DNA from: a virus
Reading direction: 5' to 3' (one strand)
IMG/VR virus record: IMGVR_UViG_3300044811_000031
Span: 1 to 64,000 of that record
DNA: 64,000 nucleotides
In this document: one piece after another, positions 9,476 to 19,409 of the stretch
How the letters are laid out: each line of letters starts with the position of its first letter
Position numbering within the stretch: the stretch's first letter is position 1
The notes under the pieces: model-generated
Databases searched by the model: none
The model's input: the letters and a program-made list of their open reading frames with translations, nothing else
What the model was told of the DNA's origin: nothing
Program-made: the position numbers and the translations under genes

Positions 9476-10038
9476 ACCTGCTGTACATCGTCGGACCTCC
9501 CGGCGTCGGGAAGAGCACCCTGATGACCGCGCTCACCGCACGCTGCGAACGCCGGGCACGGGTGAGCCCCTTCGCCCATTGCCACCTGCTGCGTCGCGAC
9601 CCGACCGGCCTGCTCTCCTCCGACCCGGTGGCGGTCGAGCTGGGCAAGCACCGCGACTCCTTCAGCGGCACGGACGCCCTGAGCATGAGCGTCCAGCCGA
9701 AGGCCATGGAGTGGATCTGCTCCAAGCCCTCGCCTCTCGTGCTCGGTGAGGGGGCCCGGCTCGGCACGGTCGGCTTCCTCATGGCCGCACGCAGCGCCGG
9801 GTACCGGGTGACGCTCGTGCACCTGGAGGCCGACCAGCGCACCCTCGCTGAGCGACGGAGGGCCCGGGGCAGCCTCCAGAACGAGCAGTGGATGCGGGGT
9901 GCGGAGACCCGGGCGGCCCGGCTGGCTGAGAGGATGAGCATGGATGCCGACGTTCACGTCATCCGTGCCGACCGGCCGCCCAACCGGATGGCCGACTTCA
10001 TCATCGGCCTGGACCCTGAGCTGGAGGTGCTGCGGTGA
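9472..10038 (+). CDS. P-loop kinase, 5-hydroxymethyluracil DNA kinase-like
   Basis: GPPGVGKST Walker A; FSGTDALSMSVQP and GEGARL motifs. Confidence 0.8.
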   Translation: MNLLYIVGPPGVGKSTLMTALTARCERRARVSPFAHCHLLRRDPTGLLSSDPVAVELGKHRDSFSGTDALSMSVQPKAMEWICSKPSPLVLGEGARLGTVGFLMAARSAGYRVTLVHLEADQRTLAERRRARGSLQNEQWMRGAETRAARLAERMSMDADVHVIRADRPPNRMADFIIGLDPELEVLR

Positions 10039-10943
10039 TCGATCTGCGTCTGCGCTCGCGGGTGTCCGCCGACGAGCTGGCCACCAAGGCCGGGAAGATC
10101 CTCGGGCCCCAGGACTACAACCTGCTGCTGACTGGCCCGGCTCGTATCCGCATGCCCGACAACCGGCCGCTGGCGGTGTACCTGCCGGGTGTGCTCACCG
10201 GCTACCTGGACGAGCCCGGTGTCTACGACATCCTCCATTCGCTGCGCAGCAGCCGGACCAACAACCGTGGCCTGGCCAGTGGCAGTAAGAGGTTCCAGAC
10301 CCGCCATGGCGCAGCACAGGGCAGTGAGGACGGGCGCCGGGGCACCGGCCGCACCTACAGCCGTCAGGTGCCGTCGATGATCGCGGGTGCCGTGGACCCC
10401 CAGGGACAGAAGCAGCACTGCCGTCTGACCGCCTGGACCGGCACCCACATGCCGCAGTGGCAGGCTCTCCAGCCTCTGTTCCGGGCCGTGGCCGTGAACC
10501 AGAAGCTCTACGTGCCGGAGCGCGCCGCCGCGCAGCAGGAGCAGGCCGACAAGACCGACCCGGCGTGGGTGGTGCCCGGCACTCCGTTCAGCACGATCAC
10601 GGTCAACAACACCTACCCCACCGGCGTCCACACCGACAAGGGTGATCTCGACGCGGGCTTCAGCACCATCGCGGTGCTGCGCCGGGGGCCGTACGTAGGC
10701 GGTCACCTCGTCTTCCCGGAGTACCGGGTGGCCGTCGACCTGCACCATGGCGACCTGATCCTCATGGATGCGCACCAGTGGCACGGCAACACGGCCCTGG
10801 TCTGTGCGTGCGGCCGGGAGCCCAACGGGAGCTGCGAGGAGTGCGGTGCTGAGAGGATCAGCATCGTGTCGTACTTCCGCACAAAGATCACCGAGTGCGG
10901 CACTCCCGATCAGGAGCTGCGTAAGGCCACCGGCGTTCGCTGA
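10035..10943 (+). CDS. TET/JBP-family 2OG-Fe(II) dioxygenase
   Basis: PFSTITVN, HxD (VHTDKGD), distal His (WHGNT), ERISIVSYFR. Confidence 0.85.
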   Translation: MIDLRLRSRVSADELATKAGKILGPQDYNLLLTGPARIRMPDNRPLAVYLPGVLTGYLDEPGVYDILHSLRSSRTNNRGLASGSKRFQTRHGAAQGSEDGRRGTGRTYSRQVPSMIAGAVDPQGQKQHCRLTAWTGTHMPQWQALQPLFRAVAVNQKLYVPERAAAQQEQADKTDPAWVVPGTPFSTITVNNTYPTGVHTDKGDLDAGFSTIAVLRRGPYVGGHLVFPEYRVAVDLHHGDLILMDAHQWHGNTALVCACGREPNGSCEECGAERISIVSYFRTKITECGTPDQELRKATGVR

Positions 10944-10973
10944 GATCGTTAGTCCGAAAGGGAACGTTAGACC

Positions 10974-11489
10974 ATGACCAACTCGCCTGAGGAGATGCAC
11001 CGCGTCGAGGAGCGGCGGAAGAAGGCGGTCGCGCTGCGCCTGGCAGGCGTGGACCTGGAGACCATCTTTCAGCAGCTCAAGGGCATGGGGTACAGCTCGG
11101 CCGACCACGTCAGCATGGACCTGAAGCGTGCTCGTGAGCGCAGCCGGGCGCAGCTCGACTACTCCGTGGAGCAGCTGCGCGAGCTACAGCTCGACCGCCT
11201 TGAGCGCCTCCTCGCCGCCGCCTGGCCCAAGGCCGTGGGGGGCAACACCGCGAGCATCGACTCCGCTGCCCGGCTCATCGCCCAGATCGCCAAGCTGAAG
11301 GGTCTGGAGGCCCCGACCCAGGTCGAGCTGACCCACCGCATCGAGATGGAGTCCACCGCCGTGGCGGAGGCCGTACTTGCGGCCATCGAGATACTGGGAC
11401 TCGGACCGGAGATGCGCATGCGGGCTATGGAGGCCGCGCAAGGCCGACTGCTGGCCATCGCCGCTTCTCCCGAGGAGGCACAGACGTGA
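10974..11489 (+). CDS. Putative terminase small subunit / HTH protein
   Basis: RRKKAVALRLAG HTH start, LDRLERLLAAAWPKA, AKLKGLEAP pattern typical of actinophage TerS. Confidence 0.65.
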   Translation: MTNSPEEMHRVEERRKKAVALRLAGVDLETIFQQLKGMGYSSADHVSMDLKRARERSRAQLDYSVEQLRELQLDRLERLLAAAWPKAVGGNTASIDSAARLIAQIAKLKGLEAPTQVELTHRIEMESTAVAEAVLAAIEILGLGPEMRMRAMEAAQGRLLAIAASPEEAQT

Positions 11490-11854
11490 TCAAGGCACTC
11501 GCTACAGCGGCCGTCGGCGCGGCACTCGTACTGGGTACGGCGGGCACGGCCGCCGCCGGTCCGGCCGACCTGGACTGCTCCGACTTCTCCCACCCCGTGG
11601 TGATCAGCCAGGGGTACGACCCAGCCCATCTCGATGCTGACGGAGACGGAGTGGGCTGCGAGGGCCTGCCCGGCCCGGCCACCACCACCGACCTGTACGC
11701 CGACCTGCGCGACCCGTCGGCCACTCCGTCCCTGGCGTCCACCGGCTTCAACGATGCCGTCCGCCGCCATCCTCTCCGCATCATGGGTGCCGGGATCGTC
11801 CTGGTGTCCGCTGGTGGAGTCCTGGTGTTCGTCACCCGCCGTAAGGAGCACTGA
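11486..11854 (+). CDS. Secreted excalibur Ca-binding protein with LAXTG sortase signal
   Basis: Signal peptide; DCSDF...LDADGDGVGCE; LASTG + TM helix + RRKEH tail. Confidence 0.8.
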   Translation: MIKALATAAVGAALVLGTAGTAAAGPADLDCSDFSHPVVISQGYDPAHLDADGDGVGCEGLPGPATTTDLYADLRDPSATPSLASTGFNDAVRRHPLRIMGAGIVLVSAGGVLVFVTRRKEH

Positions 11855-11856
11855 TC

Positions 11857-11925
11857 ATGCTGAGGCTCGTCGCAGCTATCGTCGTCGCCCTGCTCATCGT
11901 CTACGTGATCGTCTCGGTGCTGTGA
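11857..11925 (+). CDS. 22-aa hydrophobic peptide
   Basis: AAGGAG RBS; MLRLVAAIVVALLIVYVIVSVL; GTGA coupling to next ORF. Confidence 0.5.
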   Translation: MLRLVAAIVVALLIVYVIVSVL

Positions 11926-12047
11926 GGCGTCGCAGCCTGCGCTGCTGGCTCGGCCTGCACGACGACGGCACGGACGTCCTCGGGGGGTTCAGCCAGCGGT
12001 GCTACCGGTGCGGCCGGTCCGTCAGCTCGTGGTTCGGCCGTGGGTAG
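11922..12047 (+). CDS. Small C/H Zn-binding phage protein
   Basis: RCWLGLH...RCYRCG; coupled start. Confidence 0.5.
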   Translation: MRRRSLRCWLGLHDDGTDVLGGFSQRCYRCGRSVSSWFGRG

Positions 12048-12300
12048 GCACTCCGGGCTCCGGCGCGGCAGGCGTACACTGCGCCGCCTGGTAGCCGACC
12101 TGGAGTGGTCGGAGGCCGACCGGGCCCGCCTGGCGGACGAGGTAGCCGAGCTGCGACGCCAGCTCAAGTCCGCCCAGGCGGAGCTGCGTTCCGAGGAGCG
12201 GACCCAGGCCGTGCCGATCATCCTGCCGGGAGGTCACCGCCTCATCACCTCCATCACCCGTTCACCGGCCCGTCACCCGGCGTGGGCCCTGTCCGACTAG
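12040..12300 (+). CDS. Hypothetical coiled-coil protein
   Basis: Overlap with upstream ORF; heptad-like LADEVAELRRQL. Confidence 0.5.
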   Translation: MGRHSGLRRGRRTLRRLVADLEWSEADRARLADEVAELRRQLKSAQAELRSEERTQAVPIILPGGHRLITSITRSPARHPAWALSD

Positions 12301-13419
<1,119 letters not shown>

Positions 13420-13585
13420 CTCAGAGCCCACCGCCGCACGGAGATCATCGGGAGCAGCCGTCAGGTGCCCTACTCTGTGCGGCGGGCGGGAGAAGGCTCT
13501 CGAAATCGCGGCTGCGCAACCGCTCCCCGCTTTGCCCCGCTGCTGCTTCGTCCGGCGACACCCGGCTTCCGCAGGCGGTATGACC

Positions 13586-13805
13586 CCAGCGTAGGTATAC
13601 GGCGCACCGGCTGTCCATACGGTTACGGTGAGCAGTTATCGGGTGAGTTACTACTACGTAGGGTAGGAAACTCCCGAGGCTGCCGTCTAAGAGCCGAACT
13701 CCGACCCGGCGGCACACGGGTAGAGCCCACCCTCTGTTCGGCATTCCGCCTGGTCAGCGCCATGATCGGTACTCCCCGGTAGGCAGGCGTCCGCTCCGGC
13801 CGTAT
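13586..13805 (-). repeat. Dispersed ~220-bp non-coding element, copy A (inverted relative to B and C)
   Basis: Identical 25-, 19- and 17-bp blocks with 37144-37343; 15-bp block with 63984-63998. Confidence 0.85.
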
Positions 13806-13859
13806 GGCTATACGGTGGCGTCGCCTACTCTTAACCCGAGCCGATCAAAGGAAGACCCC

Positions 13860-14081
13860 ATGCAGCAGGGCGATGAGCCGTACGACTTCCACATCCCGGT
13901 GTCCGAGCTGACCGGCGGGGAGTCGATCCTCACGTCGGTGGCCAGCACTCCGCCCGACCCCCGCCGGGTGGAGCTGGACGGCAACCGAGTGGAGATCGTC
14001 GGCTACACGGCCGACGAGGTCGTCAAGATCATCGGCGGTCTGGGACAGGCGTCGAGCGACGCAGTGAGGTACACCCCGTGA
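13860..14081 (+). CDS. Hypothetical protein
   Basis: AAAGGAAG RBS before ATG 13860. Confidence 0.6.
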   Translation: MQQGDEPYDFHIPVSELTGGESILTSVASTPPDPRRVELDGNRVEIVGYTADEVVKIIGGLGQASSDAVRYTP

Positions 14082-14248
14082 GCAAGATAGTGATCACCAT
14101 TGAGGGCGACGAGCTGGAGATCGGCGAGGCCACCGATCTCCTGGTCCGCCTCGCCGAGGATCTGGCAAGCCAGGGATTCGCGTCCTCCGGGTACGAGGTC
14201 GGCCCCGAGCAGGACACCCTCGCCCTCGTCGGTCGGAGCATGCAGTGA
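14078..14248 (+). CDS. Hypothetical protein
   Basis: GTGA-coupled at both ends; 56 aa. Confidence 0.55.
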   Translation: MSKIVITIEGDELEIGEATDLLVRLAEDLASQGFASSGYEVGPEQDTLALVGRSMQ

Positions 14249-15291
14249 TCAACAGAGTCCTGCTCACGGGAGCATCCGGCTTCGTCGGGGCGCACGTGCT
14301 GCGCCACCTGCTTACCCACACCGACTGGCATATCGTCTGCCCGGTAACCTTCACCCACCACGGCCTGCCCGGCCGTATCGCGTCGTCCATCTGCGACGAC
14401 GCGGAGTGGATCAATCGGGTGGACGTCGTCCACTGGGACCTGCGCTCCCCGGCGGACTCCGTCACCGTCGGCCGCATCGGCGCCATCGACTACGTGCTCA
14501 ACGTGGCGAGCGAGAGCCACGTGGACCGGTCCATCGAGCACCCGGCCGACTTCATCTCCAACAACGTCTCCCTCATGCTCAACGTGCTGGAGATGGCCGT
14601 ACAGCTCCAGCCCAAGGTCTTCCTCCAGATGAGCACGGACGAGGTCTACGGCCCGGCTCCCGAGGGCTACGACTCCCGCGAGTGGGACGTCATCGCCCCG
14701 TCCAATCCGTACAGCGCGAGCAAGGCGGCGCAAGAAGCCATCGCCTTCAGCTACTGGCGGACGTACGGCGTGCCGGTCGTCATCACCAACACGATGAACA
14801 TCGTCGGGGAGATGCAGGACCGCGAGAAGTTCATCCCGATGATCATCGGCAAGGTGCTGTCCGGCAACCCCATCACCGTGCACACCGACTCCACCGGCAA
14901 GCCGGGCAGCCGCTTCTACCTGCACGCCCGCAACCTCGCCGACGCGTGGCTCTGGCTGCTGCACGAGCGTGGCCACAGCTGGGACCTCCAGGAGTATGCC
15001 GACGGGTCCGCCCGGCCGAGCCGCTACAACATCGTCGGGGAGCGGGAGGTCGACAACATCGAGATGGTGCGGCTGGTGGCCAATGCCGTCTGGGACGCGA
15101 AGGGCATGCCCCGCACCGACCCAATGATCAACCGGGTGGACTTCCACAGCTCGCGCCCCGGGCACGACCTGCGCTACGCCCTCGACGGCAGCAAGCTCCA
15201 CGCCATCGGCTGGCAGCCGCCGGTGCCCCTGGAGTCCGCCCTCAAGAAGACCGTGGCCTGGACGCTCGACCACCCGGAGTGGCTGCGGTGA
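14245..15291 (+). CDS. NDP-sugar 4,6-dehydratase (dTDP-glucose 4,6-dehydratase/RmlB-like)
   Basis: TGASGFVG, ASESHVDRSI, STDEVYG, YSASK, RPGHDLRYALD. Confidence 0.9.
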   Translation: MINRVLLTGASGFVGAHVLRHLLTHTDWHIVCPVTFTHHGLPGRIASSICDDAEWINRVDVVHWDLRSPADSVTVGRIGAIDYVLNVASESHVDRSIEHPADFISNNVSLMLNVLEMAVQLQPKVFLQMSTDEVYGPAPEGYDSREWDVIAPSNPYSASKAAQEAIAFSYWRTYGVPVVITNTMNIVGEMQDREKFIPMIIGKVLSGNPITVHTDSTGKPGSRFYLHARNLADAWLWLLHERGHSWDLQEYADGSARPSRYNIVGEREVDNIEMVRLVANAVWDAKGMPRTDPMINRVDFHSSRPGHDLRYALDGSKLHAIGWQPPVPLESALKKTVAWTLDHPEWLR

Positions 15292-15485
15292 GCAAGCTCG
15301 TACGCGTGGTCCAGGGGCTGCCTCCCCGGCCCCCGCTGTCCATGCTCGCGGGGTGGTTCGTCTGCGGTACCGCGCTCCCCTGGGTGAGCCCCAAGCACCA
15401 CCGCTGGGTGGAGCACGCGTCCGCCGGGCTGGGTGGCACACCCATCCTCACCTGTACCCGTTGCGACAAGCAGATGGGATTCTGA
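15288..15485 (+). CDS. Small Zn-binding hypothetical protein
   Basis: Coupled; C...HRW...CTRCD. Confidence 0.5.
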   Translation: MSKLVRVVQGLPPRPPLSMLAGWFVCGTALPWVSPKHHRWVEHASAGLGGTPILTCTRCDKQMGF

Positions 15486-15859
15486 TGATCCACCGCAAGA
15501 CAGTAGACGGCACAGCCCTCGCCCACGGCAACGCCGCCCGCTCCGGCCGGGAGTACCGGGAGTGGTTCACGGGGCGCTTCATCCCCCCGGAGTTCGGGCT
15601 GCGCAGCGCCCCGGTCGAACTCAAGTGGTCCCACCGGGACGAGGGCTGGACCCGGGGCTGGTCCGGCGCGGCCGAGGGCACCAGCGTCGTCGTCCTGATC
15701 GAGGGCTCCATGGCGCTGACCTTCCGTGGCTCGGGCAAGCACACCGTCGTGCTGGACGAGCCGGGGGACTACGTCATGTGGGGGCCCGGGGAGCAGCACA
15801 ACTGCCTGGCCCTGGAGGACTGCACCGTCCTCACCGTGCGGTGGGCCGAAGAGATCTAG
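15485..15859 (+). CDS. Cupin-fold protein
   Basis: VELKWS...VVLIEGSMALTF...PGDYVMWGPGEQH. Confidence 0.65.
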   Translation: MIHRKTVDGTALAHGNAARSGREYREWFTGRFIPPEFGLRSAPVELKWSHRDEGWTRGWSGAAEGTSVVVLIEGSMALTFRGSGKHTVVLDEPGDYVMWGPGEQHNCLALEDCTVLTVRWAEEI

Positions 15860-15872
15860 CCATACTGACCCC

Positions 15873-17270
15873 ATGACCACCGACTCGCAGGAGATTGCCA
15901 AGGGCGCAGCGCAGCTGCTGCGCCTCTTCGGCGAGCAGGCCGGTAGGTGGCAGCCCCTGCCCCACCAGGTGCCTCCCGCCCCCGGCTGGTACGGCTGGCT
16001 GCTGATGGCCGGGCGTGGCGCCGGTAAGACCGACACCTGCGCCAAGTACATGGTCGATCACGTCAAGGGTCCGCCGTGCCTGCCGGGCCCTCACCCGCAC
16101 TGGATGGGCATCATCGCCCCCACCCTGGGCGACGCCGCGACCTCCTGCTTCAGCGGGCCGTCGGGCATCAGCGCCCACGACCCCACCGCCAAGATGGTCA
16201 ACACCGTCGGCGGCACGGTGATCAAGTGGGCCAACGGCAGCGAGGCGAAGCTCTTCGGCGCCCACACGGGGGAGGACGTCAACCGGCTGCGCTCCGGTGG
16301 TAACCGGTGCCTTCAATGGCTGGAGGAGCTGGCTGCCTGGCGATACCAGGACGCAGCCTGGGCTCACATGCGATTCGGTCTCCGCTCCGGCCCCCACCCC
16401 CACTGGGTCGGCAGCACGACCCCCAAGCTGCGCCCACTGATCAAGCGGCTCGACCGGGGCGACGTCGAGAACGTCGTGATCACCCGTGCCGCCATGTACG
16501 ACAACCCCCACCTTCCCGAGCACATCCGCCAGGCTCTGGAGGACGAGTACGGCGGCACCGACCTCGGCCGTCAGGAGCTGCTCGGCCAGCTGGTCGAGGA
16601 GGTCGAGGGCGCCCTGTGGAAGCACGCCACCATCGACGCCGCCCGCATCCGGCCGGAGGACATCCCCGCCCTGGCCCGTAAGGTCGTCGGGGTCGACCCG
16701 TCCGGTGGTGCCGGGGAGCAGGGCATCATCGTCGCGGGCAAGAGCGCGCTGCGCCTGCCGCTGCCGGTCATGCCGGTGGAGCAGGGCATCGTCATCCCCG
16801 TCAGCGACCGGCCGCAGTTCCAGGGCTTCGTCATCGCCGACCGCACCACCCACGTCAGCCCGTACCACTGGGGCCGCGCAGCCGTGCAGGCGGCCGTCGA
16901 CTACGAGGCAGACGAGATCCTGGTCGAGGTCAACTACGGCGGCGACATGGCCATAGAGACGATCCGCTCGGCCGCCGACAACATGGGCGTCCCCATCCCC
17001 ATCCGGAAGCTCACCGCGACGCGGGGCAAGGCCGTACGGGCGCAGCCGGTGAGCGCGATGAGCCAGCAGGGCCGGTGGCGCCATGCCGGTGTGTTCGAGG
17101 AGCTGGAAGACCAGATGTGCACCTGGACCGAAGACCTCAACTGGTCCCCCGACCGCCTTGACGGCGCCGTCTGGGACGCGCACGGCCTCAAGCTCGCCCA
17201 CCTCACCGGCGCGGGTACCGGCGCGCTCGGCGGCGGCATGTCCCGACAGATCACCAACGCGAGGCACTGA
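15873..17270 (+). CDS. Terminase large subunit
   Basis: MAGRGAGKT Walker A, WLEELAAW Walker B, VGVDPS nuclease Asp, SPDRLDG. Confidence 0.92.
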   Translation: MTTDSQEIAKGAAQLLRLFGEQAGRWQPLPHQVPPAPGWYGWLLMAGRGAGKTDTCAKYMVDHVKGPPCLPGPHPHWMGIIAPTLGDAATSCFSGPSGISAHDPTAKMVNTVGGTVIKWANGSEAKLFGAHTGEDVNRLRSGGNRCLQWLEELAAWRYQDAAWAHMRFGLRSGPHPHWVGSTTPKLRPLIKRLDRGDVENVVITRAAMYDNPHLPEHIRQALEDEYGGTDLGRQELLGQLVEEVEGALWKHATIDAARIRPEDIPALARKVVGVDPSGGAGEQGIIVAGKSALRLPLPVMPVEQGIVIPVSDRPQFQGFVIADRTTHVSPYHWGRAAVQAAVDYEADEILVEVNYGGDMAIETIRSAADNMGVPIPIRKLTATRGKAVRAQPVSAMSQQGRWRHAGVFEELEDQMCTWTEDLNWSPDRLDGAVWDAHGLKLAHLTGAGTGALGGGMSRQITNARH

Positions 17271-17452
17271 TGATCGCCCTCCCGCTCACCGCCCTGTTCA
17301 TCGTCGTCGTGGTGGCGCTCATTGCCGGTCGGCGTCACCCGTCGATCCCTATCGCGCTGTTCGCCTGCGGGGCGGGCATCCTCATCGGGGACGGGCCGTG
17401 GGGCTCTTCGATGGCACACTTCATCTCGGCCGCGTTCGCTCTGTTCAGCTAG
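17270..17452 (+). CDS. Small membrane protein
   Basis: TGATG coupling; two hydrophobic segments. Confidence 0.55.
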   Translation: MIALPLTALFIVVVVALIAGRRHPSIPIALFACGAGILIGDGPWGSSMAHFISAAFALFS

Positions 17453-17493
17453 TGCGGTACCTTCGTTCCATCGGTCCGATCAAAGGAAGCCCC

Positions 17494-17862
17494 ATGACTC
17501 GCATCTTCGGTCGGGAGCTGGCCGTCTGGCTCGCTCTCGTCGCCGCTGTGATCGGTGTCCTCACCTCGTTCGGCGTCAACGTCGACTCCCATGTCCAGGG
17601 CGTCGTCACTGCCGTCGTGGTCTTCGTGTTCGCGGTGGTCGCGGCCGTCGCCCTGCACGACGGGATCATCGCCCTCGCCACCGGTGTCGTCACCGCCGCG
17701 TTCTCCCTGTTCGCCGCCTTCGGCCTGGAGTGGCCTGCGGAGAAGCAGGGCTACCTGATCGGTGCCCTCACCGTCATCCTCGGGTTCTTCGTCCGCACCC
17801 AGGCGACCTCCCCCGTACCGGCCACCGCTTCCCCGGCGGGCAAGCTCGTGGTCCACGAGTGA
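17494..17862 (+). CDS. Multi-TM membrane protein, possible holin
   Basis: IFGRELAVW...FFVRTQATSP, about 4 TM segments. Confidence 0.6.
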   Translation: MTRIFGRELAVWLALVAAVIGVLTSFGVNVDSHVQGVVTAVVVFVFAVVAAVALHDGIIALATGVVTAAFSLFAAFGLEWPAEKQGYLIGALTVILGFFVRTQATSPVPATASPAGKLVVHE

Positions 17863-18125
17863 AGCTCCTCTCCGGCGCTCTCGCCGCCTCCGCAGTGCTG
17901 GCCCTCACGGTGGCCTGTGGGGGCGGTGGCGCGTCTTCCCCGTCCTCACCGAGTCCCTCTCCGAGCGCTTCCTGCCCCACGGCGGCCGAACTGTTCGCCA
18001 AGTACGAAGCCGCCGGTGAGCCCGATGACGGAGTCTGGTTCAGCCAGCAGACCCGCACCTGCACCAACGCCCAGCTCGACCAGCTCATGAGCGACATCGA
18101 CAAGATCGCGAGCCCCACTCCGTGA
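17859..18125 (+). CDS. Putative lipoprotein
   Basis: Signal with LTVAC lipobox followed by S/P linker. Confidence 0.65.
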   Translation: MKLLSGALAASAVLALTVACGGGGASSPSSPSPSPSASCPTAAELFAKYEAAGEPDDGVWFSQQTRTCTNAQLDQLMSDIDKIASPTP

Positions 18126-18526
18126 ACACCTGGCTCCTCCTGGTCGTGCTGTCCCTCGCCGTCTACCGGCTGACCCGTCTGGTCGTCAAGGACACGCTCC
18201 CCCCGGCGCTCTGGCTGCGCGACCGCCTGGCCGGTGGCTGGCGCAAGCCGACCGAGGACGAGTGGCGCACGATCCGCAACCCGGGCACCGAGCTGGCCAA
18301 CCCGGTCCAGAGCATCGACGGCCAGGCCCAGGTATGGATCATCAGGGCGGGCTGGTCGCCGGACTGGCTGGCCGAACTGATCACCTGCCCATGGTGCGCT
18401 AGCGGCTGGGTGTCGGGCGGGCTGGTCGGTCTGTCAGCATGGCTCTACAGCGTCCCGGCGCCGCTGCTCATGTGGCCCGCAGTGTGGGGCGCCGGGGCGC
18501 TGCTCGCGTCCCGGGAGTGGGCATGA
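18122..18526 (+). CDS. DUF1360-like membrane protein
   Basis: AVYRLTRLVVKD...LITCPWCASGW. Confidence 0.75.
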   Translation: MNTWLLLVVLSLAVYRLTRLVVKDTLPPALWLRDRLAGGWRKPTEDEWRTIRNPGTELANPVQSIDGQAQVWIIRAGWSPDWLAELITCPWCASGWVSGGLVGLSAWLYSVPAPLLMWPAVWGAGALLASREWA

Positions 18527-18624
18527 TCTGGCTGGCCGTGGGCATCGCCTGCGGGGTGGTCGCCGGGCTGGCCATCGGATACCTGATCCTGGTCTGGTAC
18601 TTCAGCGGGGGGTGGGGCCGGTGA
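18523..18624 (+). CDS. Small membrane protein
   Basis: ATGA coupling; single TM. Confidence 0.5.
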   Translation: MIWLAVGIACGVVAGLAIGYLILVWYFSGGWGR

Positions 18625-18704
18625 ACTGGGGTGCGGCCATTGTGGTCGCAGGAACGATCATCATAGGAGCCGGGATCATCAAGACCATCAGGAGGAAGAA
18701 GTGA
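18621..18704 (+). CDS. 27-aa membrane peptide
   Basis: GTGA-coupled at both ends; TM + RRKK. Confidence 0.45.
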   Translation: MNWGAAIVVAGTIIIGAGIIKTIRRKK

Positions 18705-19102
18705 AGATCCGTAAGAGGCGCATCGCCGCCCTGCTCACCCCGCTCGTCGCGCTGCTGCTGGCGTTCGCGTTCGTCAACGCGCCGTCGGCCGCCGCGAGCA
18801 CCGACATCCCCCGCTACTCGATCAACGGCTCGGCCACGTGGTTCCATGCGGCTGGAGACCACGTCTTCGTGGAGGACACCGACGCTGACGGCTACACCGC
18901 GCTGGCCCGGGTGCAGGTCGCCTACGACGGGGTCTACACCAACGTCTGGTGCCCCGGCGGATCCGGCACCACCTGCGACGGCAACTTCGACTTCACCGAG
19001 CAGAAGACCATCGGCATCGAGCCGTGCGTCGGGGTGTGGAACGGCGGCATCAATCCGGTGGTCGTGTCCTGTGCTGCGGCCTACCGGCTCGGCATCACGT
19101 GA
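18701..19102 (+). CDS. Secreted protein
   Basis: Basic N-terminus, hydrophobic core, AxA site; paired Cys. Confidence 0.65.
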   Translation: MKIRKRRIAALLTPLVALLLAFAFVNAPSAAASTDIPRYSINGSATWFHAAGDHVFVEDTDADGYTALARVQVAYDGVYTNVWCPGGSGTTCDGNFDFTEQKTIGIEPCVGVWNGGINPVVVSCAAAYRLGIT

Positions 19103-19362
19103 GCGGCCTGCCAGCGTTCGACCCGGGACACCCCTCAGTGGGGGGCGTCCCGGCCTGGCTGAGTACCGAGGTGCGCGACGCTCCGGTCGGGCAGGTGCTC
19201 ATCCTCACGATCCGCATCCCCAACGGCACCACGACCGTCGTGCTCAACAAGGCGGACGCCGAAGCCTGGGACAAGCAGATCCATGCCGAGGTGGGCAAGA
19301 TGACCGGCCTCATCATCGCTCCGGCCGGAGCCGTGAATCCTAACGGCCACCCGCTGGTCTGA
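19099..19362 (+). CDS. Hypothetical protein
   Basis: GTGA coupling. Confidence 0.55.
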   Translation: MSGLPAFDPGHPSVGGVPAWLSTEVRDAPVGQVLILTIRIPNGTTTVVLNKADAEAWDKQIHAEVGKMTGLIIAPAGAVNPNGHPLV

Positions 19363-19409
19363 CCCACTGAGCCCCCGCTGCCGCGCACGCAGTGGGGGCT
19401 CAGTGGGTC
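19361..19409. terminator. Long hairpin between convergent genes
   Basis: GACCCACTGAGCCCCC...GGGGGCTCAGTGGGTC perfect 16-bp arms. Confidence 0.75.
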
